Notes under the pieces: model-generated
What the model was told of the DNA's origin: nothing
Seen by the model: only the letters and a program-made list of their open reading frames with translations
The model's database searches: none
Program-made: the position numbers and the translations under genes
Shown: positions 9,755 to 20,584 of the stretch, piece after piece
Layout: each line of letters begins with the position of its first letter
Numbering within the stretch: the first letter of the stretch is position 1
Assembly: GCA_964010765.1 (NCBI GenBank)
Contig: CAXGMD010000029.1
Coordinates: forward strand, 1-36,210
Length of the DNA: 36,210 nucleotides
DNA from: an uncultured bacterium
GTDB taxonomy: Bacteria; SAR324; NAC60-12
Direction of reading: 5' to 3'

Positions 9755-11050
9755 ATGAAGAGACTTGTTTCACTTTTAGTAGTCTGCCTGTTGGCTTCTA
9801 CTGCAACTGCTGCAAAATTAAATATGCTGATTAATCAGTCGCCATGGTTTGATGGATTTCGTAAAACACTTGTCATGTATGAGGAGGAAACCGGAGAAAC
9901 TATTGAACTCGATGTTACACCCTATCCAGGTATGTCTGAAAAAATAAGGAATAGTATTAGATCACCAGAAGCCATCTACGATATTGTCATTACTTCGACA
10001 GAATTTATGGCTACTTATGCGAATAGTGGTGAATTCGTAAATTTCAACGATATCGATCCAGATTTCAAATTGGATAGTGGAATTTGTGGATACCAAGATA
10101 CTAGCTATTGGAATTATGAAACCAGATCATTTGATGCAAAGAATGGTGAGTTTATTGGAATTCCAGTAAATGGGAATGTTCAGGTTCTATACTACAGAAG
10201 GGACTTGTATGAAGAGAAAGGACTACAACCACCAAAGACATGGGATGATTTGATCAAAAACGCAGCTGAATTTCACAATCCTCCAAGAATGTATGGAATG
10301 ATTCAAAGATCGGAACGTGGAGCTGTAACCTACAATTTTGGTCCATATATGTTTAGCCACGGTGGTGCCGTTTACAAGGACCCTCAGAATGGAGATTTTA
10401 GTATCGTTTTCAACAGTGAAAACAATAGAAAAGCCTTGGAGAAGTATCTGGAAATCCGAGACAAGGTTGGCCATCCCAATGCGCACTCAATTGGTCAAGG
10501 AGAGATGATACAGTACTTGCGAACGGGTAAAGCAGCTCATGCAATCGCTGTTATCGCAGCTTGGGGAGGAATGGATGACGAAGAAAAATCGGCTGTAATT
10601 GGCAAGATGGGTGCGGCTTTGATTCCAAGTGGGCCTAATGGGAGCGCAAGCAGCCTTGGACACTGGGAGGCACACATTCCAAAGAACGTGAAGCCAGAAC
10701 ATCAAAAGGCAGCTCTTAAATTTCTTAAATGGCTTGTAACAAAAGAAAATCAGATCAAATACACAGAAAATGGTGCAGTACCTGTGAGATGTGATCTGAT
10801 TTACTCTCCAATAGCGAAAGAAGATCGATTTAGATTCATTGAAGCTCTTGGACAGAACTCTGAGGTGGCTAAGTTTATTGCCCCAACAGTAACTGCAGTA
10901 GAATCTACAGCGATTACGAATCTTTATCTGAATAAGATTGTTGCGGGTGAGATATCAATAGTTGATGGCTTGAATCAGGCTGCCGAAGAGTTACACAAAA
11001 TCACTGTCGATAACGGTATGAAGACTGGAATGCTGCCCAAGCTTAAATAG
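9755..11050 (+). CDS. carbohydrate (CUT1) ABC substrate-binding protein
   Basis: Signal peptide, LYYRRDLYE..G..PPKTWDDL motif; SD AAGGAG. Confidence 0.9.
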   Translation: MKRLVSLLVVCLLASTATAAKLNMLINQSPWFDGFRKTLVMYEEETGETIELDVTPYPGMSEKIRNSIRSPEAIYDIVITSTEFMATYANSGEFVNFNDIDPDFKLDSGICGYQDTSYWNYETRSFDAKNGEFIGIPVNGNVQVLYYRRDLYEEKGLQPPKTWDDLIKNAAEFHNPPRMYGMIQRSERGAVTYNFGPYMFSHGGAVYKDPQNGDFSIVFNSENNRKALEKYLEIRDKVGHPNAHSIGQGEMIQYLRTGKAAHAIAVIAAWGGMDDEEKSAVIGKMGAALIPSGPNGSASSLGHWEAHIPKNVKPEHQKAALKFLKWLVTKENQIKYTENGAVPVRCDLIYSPIAKEDRFRFIEALGQNSEVAKFIAPTVTAVESTAITNLYLNKIVAGEISIVDGLNQAAEELHKITVDNGMKTGMLPKLK

Positions 11051-11059
11051 GAAAATATA

Positions 11060-11082
11060 AAAGGGCGGATCACCCGCCCTTT
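11060..11082 (+). terminator. intercistronic stem-loop after the SBP gene
   Basis: Perfect AAAGGGCGG-ATCAC-CCGCCCTTT; usual position for an mRNA stabiliser or partial terminator in ABC operons. Confidence 0.7.
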
Positions 11083-11092
11083 GAGTCAAACT

Positions 11093-11983
11093 ATGGAAAA
11101 TCGTTTAAAAGAAACAGACAGGTACTGGAATGTCTTATCTCTAGCACCACTATGCTTACTGCTGTTTTTTCTGACAATCATTCCGCTGCTCAGCCTCATT
11201 TACACATCATTCTTCAAAGTCACATGGGATGGCGGCTATTTATATGAAGGAATTGGTTTTCAAAACTTCTTCGATTTAGTTGAGAATAAATTTTATATTC
11301 CGGGTGTTAAAAACACTATTCTTTTTGCTCTAATCACAGTCATAATTCAGGTTGTAATTGCTTACGCAATTGCAATCGTTCTCAATAAAATTAAATATAG
11401 GGTTATCTATTTATCTATTTTTATGCTGCCAATACTTTTACCTCCAATTGTAATTGGCTCAATATGGCGCCTGATGTATGGTTTTGATTTTGGGCTTTTT
11501 AATTATTTGCTTTCTTATCTTGGAATAATGCCAATTGATTGGTTAGGGGATCCTAAAATGGCTTTCATATCTATTGTTATTCTAGATATTTGGCATTGGA
11601 CTCCTTTCTCAGTAATTTTATTAATTACGGCCATTGAAGGAATTCCGAAAGACATACTTGAAGCAGGTTTAGTTGATGGGACAAACTTCCTGAAAGAGGC
11701 TTACTATTTAATAACTCCATTGATTATGCCTACAATTATTGTAGCGAGCCTCTTTAGATTTATAATGTCGTTCAAAGTTTTCGATGAAATTTATCTACTA
11801 ACTCAAGGTGGGCCTGGAACTGCTACGGAAGTTGTCAGTTTCTCTATTTACGAAACATATTTTGAGTCTGACAACATTGGTCTAGGTTCGGCAATGTCTG
11901 TAACCACTCTGATCTTGATTATTCTTATCATGTATGCTGTTCAGAAAATTTATATAAAGCTGAGATTGAACGCGCATGACTAG
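11093..11983 (+). CDS. carbohydrate ABC permease (MalF/UgpA type)
   Basis: GFQNF, DIWHWTPF, EAGLVDG (EAA), FKVFDEIYLLTQGGPGTATE. Confidence 0.93.
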   Translation: MENRLKETDRYWNVLSLAPLCLLLFFLTIIPLLSLIYTSFFKVTWDGGYLYEGIGFQNFFDLVENKFYIPGVKNTILFALITVIIQVVIAYAIAIVLNKIKYRVIYLSIFMLPILLPPIVIGSIWRLMYGFDFGLFNYLLSYLGIMPIDWLGDPKMAFISIVILDIWHWTPFSVILLITAIEGIPKDILEAGLVDGTNFLKEAYYLITPLIMPTIIVASLFRFIMSFKVFDEIYLLTQGGPGTATEVVSFSIYETYFESDNIGLGSAMSVTTLILIILIMYAVQKIYIKLRLNAHD

Positions 11984-12788
11984 ATTCTTGTCACATTCAC
12001 TACTAGTGATTCTTTCATTCATTTTCTTGCTTCCCTTTGGTTGGATTGCCAGCCTAGCGTTTAAACGCCAAATTGATATTCTCATGACTAATATTATTTC
12101 ACCGATTAGTTATGGGAATTTCATTAAATTGTTTGCATCGAAAGAATCTACATTTAGTAATGATATCTTAAATTCTTTATTTGTTGGTTTGAGCTCTACA
12201 CTCATTGTGCTGATTGTATGCTCACTCGCGTCATTTACACTGACGAGATTAAAAATCGAAAAGTGGTTAGGAATGATTATTTTTGGTTGGGTGTTAGTGT
12301 TCCATATGATTCCACCCATTACATTCATCGGATCCTGGTTTGTTTTAGCAAACTCACTAGGTTTGTTTAATTCCTACAGTGCACTCATCATTGCTCACGC
12401 CACAATAAATTTACCATTAGGGCTTTTTATCATCACTAACTACATGAAAGAAATTCCTAATGAAATTCAAGAAGCTGCAGTAATTGATGGTGCATCCAAT
12501 TATCAAACTTATTTTAAAATTTTTTTACCCTTGCTGATACCTGGTTTGTTCACAGCGGGAATAATTATTTTTCTGTTCAGCTGGAATGACTTCATGATAT
12601 CGATCAATCTCTCTGCAAAAGCAACACAGACTGTCCCTGTGTCAGTAGCTACATATGCTCAACAGTACGAAGTAAGATACGGAGAAATGGCTGCAGGATC
12701 ACTCGTTTCACTTGTTCCCGGGCTACTACTTACGATCTTCGCTAATCGTTATATTGTGAGAGGGATAACAGCGGGATCTGTGAAATAA
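11976..12788 (+). CDS. carbohydrate ABC permease (MalG/UgpE type)
   Basis: EIQEAAVIDGA, FSWNDF, C-terminal GITAGSVK. Confidence 0.93.
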   Translation: MTRFLSHSLLVILSFIFLLPFGWIASLAFKRQIDILMTNIISPISYGNFIKLFASKESTFSNDILNSLFVGLSSTLIVLIVCSLASFTLTRLKIEKWLGMIIFGWVLVFHMIPPITFIGSWFVLANSLGLFNSYSALIIAHATINLPLGLFIITNYMKEIPNEIQEAAVIDGASNYQTYFKIFLPLLIPGLFTAGIIIFLFSWNDFMISINLSAKATQTVPVSVATYAQQYEVRYGEMAAGSLVSLVPGLLLTIFANRYIVRGITAGSVK

Positions 12789-12818
12789 ATATGATTTTAC
12801 CAATCCAAAGGATAGCTA

Positions 12819-14318
12819 ATGAAACTTGTCTTCATCTTATTTGATTCACTTAATCGTCATCTTCTTTCTCCCTATGGTGGGCAAATTAACACCCCAAATT
12901 TTAAACGGCTTTCAGAGAAGTCTCAGACATTCAACAAACACTATGTTGGAAGTTTACCTTGTATGCCAGCTCGCCGAGATATGCATACTGGACGGCTAAG
13001 CTTCTTACACAGAAGTTGGGGCCCATTGGAGCCCTTTGATAACTCCTTTCCTGAAATTCTTTTTAAAAATAACGTCTATAGCCATCTAGTAAGCGATCAT
13101 TATCACTACTGGGAAGATGGTGGCCTTACCTATCATAATCGCTATGACAGTTATGAATTCATTAGGGGCCAGGAGGGTGATGCATGGAAGGCAATGGTAC
13201 AGCCACCTTGGGAACGCCTGAAAGAGAAATATGACTCCAACCAATTATCCACGGAGAATAGGAATTACTTCAGAAACAATATCATCAATAGAGAGTATTT
13301 ACTGACGGATGAAGACTACCCATGTGTTCAATGCTTTAATCATGGAATTGAATTTCTAGAAAACAATCATGAAGCAGACAACTGGCTACTGCAGATTGAA
13401 ACATTCGACCCACATGAACCCTTCACCGCCCCAATGCGTTTTCGGAATAATTACAAAACCAATTGGAAAGGGGGAATCAGGGATTGGCCAAAATATGGAA
13501 GAGTTGAGGAACTCGAAGACGAATACAACGAGCTAAGATCAAATTATTTTGCACTCCTTGAATTATGTGATGAGCAACTTGGTCGTGTTTTAGATTATTT
13601 TGATCAAAATGATCTTTGGGCTGACACGGGCTTAGTGGTTACTACAGATCATGGATTTTTACTGGGTGAGCACGATTTCTGGGCTAAAAACAGAATGAAT
13701 ATGTACCAGGAAATCGTCAACATTCCTTTCTTCCTCTACCATCCAAATCAAAATCAATCACAAGAGTGTAATTCACTGACCCAGACGATTGATATCTGTC
13801 CTACGATTTTGGACTTTTTTGGGATTGATCCTCCATTAGAATGCCAGGGTCAATCTTTACTTAGAGTTAATACTGCTGAGTTCAATCATCGAGAAGCTCT
13901 GATTTATGGATATTTTGGTGGCGCTGTGAATGTAACTAATGGCGAGTATACCTACCACAGATATCCATTTGACTTGATGCAACAGGAAATTTATCAATAT
14001 ACCCTAATGCCAACTCATATTCGTCAACATTTTTCAGTTGGTGAATTACAGCATGCAATGTTGAACGAGCCATTTGACTTCTCCAAAGGAGTACCCCTAC
14101 TGAAAGTTCCTGTAGTTCAGCGTTCCCCAATACATCAGTATTATGGTCCTGGCTGTATGATAGAGAATGAAACAAGACTTTATAATATTATTGATGATCC
14201 AAAACAGCAGACAATGATCAAGGATTCTAAAGCAGAATCAATGATGACTGAGTATATTTCTCAATTGATGAAATGGAACCAAGCACCGCCGGAAGCCTTT
14301 ACTAGACTACAGATCTGA
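12819..14318 (+). CDS. Cys-type sulfatase (alkaline-phosphatase superfamily)
   Basis: FDSLNR, TPNF, CMPARRDMHTGR (CxPxR), DPHEP, TTDHG. Confidence 0.9.
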   Translation: MKLVFILFDSLNRHLLSPYGGQINTPNFKRLSEKSQTFNKHYVGSLPCMPARRDMHTGRLSFLHRSWGPLEPFDNSFPEILFKNNVYSHLVSDHYHYWEDGGLTYHNRYDSYEFIRGQEGDAWKAMVQPPWERLKEKYDSNQLSTENRNYFRNNIINREYLLTDEDYPCVQCFNHGIEFLENNHEADNWLLQIETFDPHEPFTAPMRFRNNYKTNWKGGIRDWPKYGRVEELEDEYNELRSNYFALLELCDEQLGRVLDYFDQNDLWADTGLVVTTDHGFLLGEHDFWAKNRMNMYQEIVNIPFFLYHPNQNQSQECNSLTQTIDICPTILDFFGIDPPLECQGQSLLRVNTAEFNHREALIYGYFGGAVNVTNGEYTYHRYPFDLMQQEIYQYTLMPTHIRQHFSVGELQHAMLNEPFDFSKGVPLLKVPVVQRSPIHQYYGPGCMIENETRLYNIIDDPKQQTMIKDSKAESMMTEYISQLMKWNQAPPEAFTRLQI

Positions 14319-15218
14319 ATCTCTTAGTTGTTCGGCAGAAGAGACTATATTTTCGTAGAGGTGAGCGACACTACGATTTGTTAATGTTGATTCTTTAAAT
14401 AGAACTCCGGTTGTATAACTTATTAAAGGTTCAACCTTAACAGGATAAATTTCATGGCCCTGCAAAATCTTTTTCATCATTGAGGGTAGCCTGATGATGT
14501 ATTCACCCTGAACAGTCAATTGAATACCTAAATAGATTGATGTGGTTTCCAAAGCATATACTGGATTTTGAATTTGATTTCTTATGCAAAATTCTTTGAC
14601 ACCATTATTGTCGTAAGTTTCGTTGCCCCATGAAATCCATTGATATTTTGTTAAGTCCTTAACTGGTTTTTCACTTTTGAAAATTGGATGAGACTTATAA
14701 GCGTAAACAATTTGTGAAAGTGGAAGCAATCCACGATAGCGTATGGGTTTTTGGAGTTTTTGATAATTAGGTTCTGCTCCTAACATAAGCGTAATTTCAT
14801 CTTTGACTAATTCGTTCCACAGTGTTGTAACAGAGCCGTATCTTATGTTTATAAAGATGTGATTATTGTTTTTTTGGTATTCTGCAAGAATTTTTGGGAG
14901 TAATACAGTACTCCAAGCGTGGCCTGCTCCAATCGTAATTTGATTCCTATTTTTAATTTCTTTCAACCTTTTGATTTCAACTAGAGCCTGGCCTTCTTCT
15001 TCTAATAATTTTAACGCATGCTCATATAAAATTTCACCCTCTGCCGTTAAGTTCACTCCACGGATTGATCGTTCAAAAAGTTGAACACCAAGTTCATACT
15101 CTAGGTTTTGAAGTGTTTTACTGACGGATGGTTGTGAAACATTTAAACGTTGTGACGCACTGTTTATACTTTTGCTCTCAACAACAGCAATAAACTGCCT
15201 AATTTCTCTGGATAGCAT
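14307..15218 (-). CDS. LysR-family transcriptional regulator
   Basis: HTH MLSREIRQFIAVVE..SINSASQRLNVSQPSVSKTLQNLE..LFERS..LT.EG; start placed at ATG 15218. Confidence 0.92.
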   Translation of the reverse strand: MLSREIRQFIAVVESKSINSASQRLNVSQPSVSKTLQNLEYELGVQLFERSIRGVNLTAEGEILYEHALKLLEEEGQALVEIKRLKEIKNRNQITIGAGHAWSTVLLPKILAEYQKNNNHIFINIRYGSVTTLWNELVKDEITLMLGAEPNYQKLQKPIRYRGLLPLSQIVYAYKSHPIFKSEKPVKDLTKYQWISWGNETYDNNGVKEFCIRNQIQNPVYALETTSIYLGIQLTVQGEYIIRLPSMMKKILQGHEIYPVKVEPLISYTTGVLFKESTLTNRSVAHLYENIVSSAEQLRDSDL

Positions 15219-15239
15219 TATTTCTGAGAATAAAAATTT

Positions 15240-16607
15240 ATGAAAAACACTATTGTTTTTTTCACTGATCAGCAAAGAGGAGACACTCTCGGAGCTAATG
15301 GCAACCCATCAGGTTTGACTCCCAATCTAGATTATTACGGAGCCAAAGGGATCAATTTTCGAAATGCATTCACACCCCAACCTGTATGTGGTCCAGCTCG
15401 ATCTGTGATGCAAACCGGAAAATTTGCCACGAAAACTGGTTGTTTCCGCAATAAAATTTCTCTAGATCCATCCGAATGGACAATCGCTAAAACTCTTGGA
15501 GCAAATGATATCCAAACAGCATATTTCGGAAAGTGGCATCTTGGTAATCCAGACTCATTTGGCAGTGTAATCAAACCAGAAAGAGGCGGCTATGACTTTT
15601 GGCTTGCTGCCAACCTCCTTGAGTTCGTTTCCAATTCCTATGACACACGCCTATACGATTCCAATAATGAAGAAGTTCGTTTACCCGGATACCGGGTTGA
15701 TGCAGTTGTAGATGCCGCGATTCGTTATGTCTACGAGAATCAAAGCAAACCATTTTTTATCTTCATTTCCTTGCTTGAGCCACATCATCAAAATCATCTC
15801 GATAATTATCCAGCCCCTCATGGATATGAAGAAAGATATCGAAATTCATGGATTCCCTTGGATTTGCAAGCACTAGGTGGCTCTACCTACATGCATCTGC
15901 CTGGATATTATGGAATGATCAAACGGATTGATGAAGCATACGGTCGTTTGATTGATGCGCTAGCAAGTTTGAATCTGTTTGAATCCACCAACGTAATCTT
16001 CACTTCAGATCATGGCAACCAATTCAAGACTCGAAATGATGAATACAAGAGGACTCCCCATGATAGTGCTACTCACATTCCATTAGTTTGCACAGGCGGA
16101 GATTTTCTGATTTCTCGCACTGTCAGACAAATCGTCAGCTTAGTTGATATTGTTCCAACAATTCTAGACCTTCATCAATTAAATATTCCTGAAGATCTTC
16201 ATGGTAAATCACTGCTGCCACTGTGCTACGAGGCACACCCAAGCTGGAATAATGCGGCCCTAATTCAAATCAGTGAAACTCAAATTGGCCGGGCGGTTCG
16301 GACAGAAAAGTGGCTCTATGGTGTAACCGGTAATGGAGATCCTTGGAATGACAGCGCGGCTAGCCTATATACAGGAACTTACCTGTATGATCTACAAGCA
16401 GATTCGGCCCAGTTGCACAATCTTATTAACTACCGCTCTCATATTCCAGTGCAGCAGGAGCTTAGATTATTGCTTAAAGAACTGATGATGCAGGCTGATG
16501 AAGCTGACTTTGAAATTGAGATCACGGATTCTGATCAAGAATACAACCAGCTGAAGTCAGAAAATACTTTCCCTTATTTTCCTGAATATCTGGTTGATTT
16601 TCGTTGA
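15240..16607 (+). CDS. Cys-type sulfatase
   Basis: FFTDQQR, TPNLD, PVCGPARS..TG (CxPxR), GKWHLG, EPHH, FTSDHG. Confidence 0.92.
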   Translation: MKNTIVFFTDQQRGDTLGANGNPSGLTPNLDYYGAKGINFRNAFTPQPVCGPARSVMQTGKFATKTGCFRNKISLDPSEWTIAKTLGANDIQTAYFGKWHLGNPDSFGSVIKPERGGYDFWLAANLLEFVSNSYDTRLYDSNNEEVRLPGYRVDAVVDAAIRYVYENQSKPFFIFISLLEPHHQNHLDNYPAPHGYEERYRNSWIPLDLQALGGSTYMHLPGYYGMIKRIDEAYGRLIDALASLNLFESTNVIFTSDHGNQFKTRNDEYKRTPHDSATHIPLVCTGGDFLISRTVRQIVSLVDIVPTILDLHQLNIPEDLHGKSLLPLCYEAHPSWNNAALIQISETQIGRAVRTEKWLYGVTGNGDPWNDSAASLYTGTYLYDLQADSAQLHNLINYRSHIPVQQELRLLLKELMMQADEADFEIEITDSDQEYNQLKSENTFPYFPEYLVDFR

Positions 16608-16777
16608 ATAAATGCATTTGATTGTTGCCATTTTCTTTCTCCAAAATTCTTCCGAAGACCCTTGGAGGGTAACGAATCCCTTGATTTGATTCTTCTGGGA
16701 ATTCAGTTACTCTCCTCTGGTATTCTTTCCAGCAGACTTCCAGCTACTCATCCAACCTTTTCGTATTTCATAGACAA

Positions 16778-19700
16778 ATGGCGAATTCATTCCGCTTCTC
16801 CATTGACCGTGGAGGCACATTTACCGATGTGTATGCCGAGGTGCCTGGAGAACCTGGCTTCCGTGTGGTCAAGCTACTCTCTGAAGATCCAGCACACTAC
16901 CCTGATGCACCCCGTGAAGGCATCCGTCGGATCCTGGAGGAAGTCACCGGTCATCCATATCCCAAGGAAGGTTTCGTGTCTTCCGATATCGACTGGATCC
17001 GAATGGGAACCACCGTTGCTACGAATGCCTTGCTTGAGCGAAAAGGTGCGAAGACGTTACTTGTGATCACGAAGGGCTTTGGTGATCTGCTGCAAATCGG
17101 CAATCAGAACCGACCACGCATCTTTGACCTGGAGATCCGTAAGCCCGAGTTGCTTTATCAGCAGGTGCTGGAGGTCAATGAGCGGGTTCGAATCCGCAGA
17201 GCGGATGATTCACTGCCTGGTGTTGTGGGTACCACTGGTGAAGAGTTCCTGGTTCTTGAAAAACCGAACCTGGAACAGGTTCGCAACTCCTTACAAGAAG
17301 CTAAACAAGCGGGTGTTGAAGCCGTAGCGGTAGTCTTTCTACATGCCTATGCGTTCCCACAGCATGAACAGCAAGTTGGAGCGCTGGCCCGAAAAATTGG
17401 CTTTGCGCAGGTTTCGCTCTCTCACGAAGTGATGCCGATGGTCAAGATGGTGGCACGTGGTGACACGACGATGGTAGCTGCGTATCTGACCCCACACATT
17501 CGCCAATACCTCGATAGCTTCCGCTCGGGTTTTTCAGATGGACTGGAACAAAGCAACCTGTTCTTCATGCAGTCCGATGGGGGTCTCACTGCGGCAGACC
17601 GCTTTCAAGGCAGCAATGCGATTCTCTCCGGTCCAGCTGGAGGAGTAGTCGGCTATGCGCTGACCACAGACCTTGGCAAGCCCGTGATTGGCTTCGACAT
17701 GGGAGGCACCTCCACGGATGTTTCGCGTTACGGTGGAGATTGGGAACATACCCATGAGAGCGAAACGGCTGGAGTCCGTATCCAGGCTCCCCAGTTGGAT
17801 ATTCGCACTGTCGCTGCGGGTGGTGGTTCCCGCCTGTTTTTTCGCCAAGGACGCTTTGAGGTTGGCCCTGAATCAGCAGGAGCCCATCCGGGTCCAGTCT
17901 GTTATCGCAAGCAGGGACACTTGGCGGTTACGGACGCCAATCTTGTGTTAGGTCGACTCCACCCGGACTACTTTCCACAGATCTTTGGTCCCCAGGAAAA
18001 CGAGTCCCTCGATCTGACTGGAGCACGAACTGCGTTACAATCCTTGACCGATCAGATTAACGATAAAGCTGTATCCACTGGGCAGCCGAGTCGGACTGTT
18101 GAAGAGGTTGCCTTGGGATTCTTGCGGGTCGCAAATGAGACGATGATTCGACCGATACGTGAGGTTTCTGTACAGCGTGGGTTTGATATCCAAGAACATG
18201 TGCTGGCCTGTTTTGGGGGGGCTGGAGGACAACATGCCTGTGCCTTGGCAAGAGATTTGGGGATTTCCCTTGTCTTCGTCCATCGCTTCGCGGGCATTCT
18301 CTCCGCCTATGGAATCGGGCTTGCGGATCTGACCACGGAACGCCAGGAACCAGCAGCTGAAGTCCTAGCTCAGATTGGAGACCTTTCTCCCACCCTGCCC
18401 AGCAACCTAGCCGAACGTTTGACCGAACTGGCAGCTCAGGCAGCTGCAGAACTTCAGGAACAAGGAGCTTCTTCCTCGACCTTGCAGGTGCAGCGCTTTC
18501 TGAATCTGCGCTATCGGGGAACCGACACTCATCTGATGATTCGGGAACCGGAGAATGGCAACTACGCCCAGAGTTTTCGTCAAACCTATCTCCGTGAATA
18601 CGGCTTTGAACTGGAGCGCGAAATCTTGGTGGATGACTTGCGTGTACGTGTTGTCTCCCCTTCTCCAAGTTTGCAGAAGTTCAAGGTTCCTCCAGCCGAG
18701 GGACCAGCTGAGCCGATTGATCAAACCCGCTGCTACTTTGAGAACGGATGGCATCAAACCCTGGTCTTTCGCTGCGAATTACTGAAAGCTGGGCATCAGA
18801 TTGCCGGACCAGCGTTGCTGCTGCAGGATACCTCGACGATCGTGATCGAGCCAGATTGCCGAGCAGAAATCAGCGAATACGGTGATGTGCTAATCCATGT
18901 CGAGGCCCGTACTCATCGAGAAATTGGAATTACTCGGGACCCGATCCAGTTGTCAATTTTCGGCAACCTGTTCATGTCGATCGCGGAACAGATGGGCCGG
19001 ACGCTGCAGCGCACTTCGATCTCGACCAACATCAAGGAGCGTCTGGACTTCTCCTGCGCAATCTTTGATCCCACCGGTGGCCTGGTGGCCAATGCCCCTC
19101 ACTTGCCGGTTCACTTGGGTGCTATGAGTGAAGCTGTACGGCAGCAGGTGCGGATCCAGGGAGACAACCTGCGTCCAGGGGATGTACTGGTGACTAACCA
19201 TCCACAGGCTGGAGGCAGCCATCTTCCCGACATCACCGTGATCACTCCTTGTTGGCAGGATGGGGAACCTCTCTTTTATGTGGCGAGTCGTGGACATCAT
19301 GCTGACATAGGGGGAATCACTCCCGGTTCGATGCCTCCTTTCTCTCGTACGCTTGCTGAAGAAGGGGCCTGTTTGAAGAGTTTCAAGCTCGTCGAAAATG
19401 GGATTTTCAACGAAGCAGGGATTACGGAGTTGCTGGAGGCCCCGGCTCACATTCCCAGACTCCCTGGAGAATTGCCGATTGCCGGAACGCGGCTGCTGGC
19501 GGACAACATTTCAGACCTCAAGGCCCAGGTAGCTGCCAACCAGCGCGGTATTGACCTGCTTCAGGAGATGGTCGAACACTGGTCGCTGGAAGTTGTGCAG
19601 GCCTACATGCAACACATTCAGGACAATGCGGAAGAGTCCGTCCGGCTGATGCTGCAGCAACTCTCAGTTCGGGAAAAATTGCCAGAAGTTGGGACCATTC

Positions 19701-20527
19701 ACTCAGTGGACTATCTGGACGACGGCTCACCGATTCACCTTGCCTTGACCATTGATCGTCGTGACGGCAGTGCCTGTTTCGATTTTGCAGGAACCGGTAC
19801 GGAACTCTGGGGTAATCTCAACGCACCCAAGGCTGTCACTTACTCGGCAGTGCTTTATGCTTTGCGAAGCCTGATTCGTCAGGACATGCCGCTTAATCAG
19901 GGTTGTCTGAATTCCATCGAAATTCGCATCCCCGACGGTTCTCTGCTTTCTCCATCCGAAGAAGCCGCTGTGGTCGGAGGCAATGTGCTCACCTCACAGC
20001 GCATCACCGATGTAATCCTCAAGGCCTTCGGAGCATGTGCCGCTTCCCAGGGCTGCATGAACAATCTGACCTTCGGTAACGACCGTTTCGGCTACTACGA
20101 GACAATTGGTGGCGGTGCCGGCGCTGGCCCAAGCTGGCATGGTCAGTCCGGAGTGCACACCCACATGACCAACACTCGCATCACCGATCCGGAAATCCTG
20201 GAAAGACGCTTTCCGGTGTTGTTGCGAGAGTTCTCAATCAGGAAGGGATCTGGTGGAAAAGGTGAATTTAACGGAGGGGATGGCTTGGTGCGAGAACTGG
20301 AATTTTTGGAAAAGCTACAGGTTGCGATTCTCTCTGAACGCAGGAGCCACGCGCCCTACGGCATGGCTGGAGGTGAAGACGGGCAGTGCGGTCGAAACCT
20401 CTTTCTACGTAAGAACGGTCCGGTGCTCAATCTTGGAGGTAAGAACGAAATACAAGCTCAACCACAGGACCGTTTCCGGATTGAAACCCCCGGAGGTGGG
20501 GGGTGGGGTCAGGTGAAAGACTCATGA
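16778..20527 (+). CDS. oplA: single-chain ATP-dependent 5-oxoprolinase (fused hydantoinase A+B domains)
   Basis: [72 protein letters not shown]; 1249 aa. Confidence 0.93.
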   Translation: MANSFRFSIDRGGTFTDVYAEVPGEPGFRVVKLLSEDPAHYPDAPREGIRRILEEVTGHPYPKEGFVSSDIDWIRMGTTVATNALLERKGAKTLLVITKGFGDLLQIGNQNRPRIFDLEIRKPELLYQQVLEVNERVRIRRADDSLPGVVGTTGEEFLVLEKPNLEQVRNSLQEAKQAGVEAVAVVFLHAYAFPQHEQQVGALARKIGFAQVSLSHEVMPMVKMVARGDTTMVAAYLTPHIRQYLDSFRSGFSDGLEQSNLFFMQSDGGLTAADRFQGSNAILSGPAGGVVGYALTTDLGKPVIGFDMGGTSTDVSRYGGDWEHTHESETAGVRIQAPQLDIRTVAAGGGSRLFFRQGRFEVGPESAGAHPGPVCYRKQGHLAVTDANLVLGRLHPDYFPQIFGPQENESLDLTGARTALQSLTDQINDKAVSTGQPSRTVEEVALGFLRVANETMIRPIREVSVQRGFDIQEHVLACFGGAGGQHACALARDLGISLVFVHRFAGILSAYGIGLADLTTERQEPAAEVLAQIGDLSPTLPSNLAERLTELAAQAAAELQEQGASSSTLQVQRFLNLRYRGTDTHLMIREPENGNYAQSFRQTYLREYGFELEREILVDDLRVRVVSPSPSLQKFKVPPAEGPAEPIDQTRCYFENGWHQTLVFRCELLKAGHQIAGPALLLQDTSTIVIEPDCRAEISEYGDVLIHVEARTHREIGITRDPIQLSIFGNLFMSIAEQMGRTLQRTSISTNIKERLDFSCAIFDPTGGLVANAPHLPVHLGAMSEAVRQQVRIQGDNLRPGDVLVTNHPQAGGSHLPDITVITPCWQDGEPLFYVASRGHHADIGGITPGSMPPFSRTLAEEGACLKSFKLVENGIFNEAGITELLEAPAHIPRLPGELPIAGTRLLADNISDLKAQVAANQRGIDLLQEMVEHWSLEVVQAYMQHIQDNAEESVRLMLQQLSVREKLPEVGTIHSVDYLDDGSPIHLALTIDRRDGSACFDFAGTGTELWGNLNAPKAVTYSAVLYALRSLIRQDMPLNQGCLNSIEIRIPDGSLLSPSEEAAVVGGNVLTSQRITDVILKAFGACAASQGCMNNLTFGNDRFGYYETIGGGAGAGPSWHGQSGVHTHMTNTRITDPEILERRFPVLLREFSIRKGSGGKGEFNGGDGLVRELEFLEKLQVAILSERRSHAPYGMAGGEDGQCGRNLFLRKNGPVLNLGGKNEIQAQPQDRFRIETPGGGGWGQVKDS

Positions 20528-20584
20528 AGCCGAATCCGAGCATTGTGCAAATAGAGTCTTCAGACTAAAAGCATTCAGTAGAAT

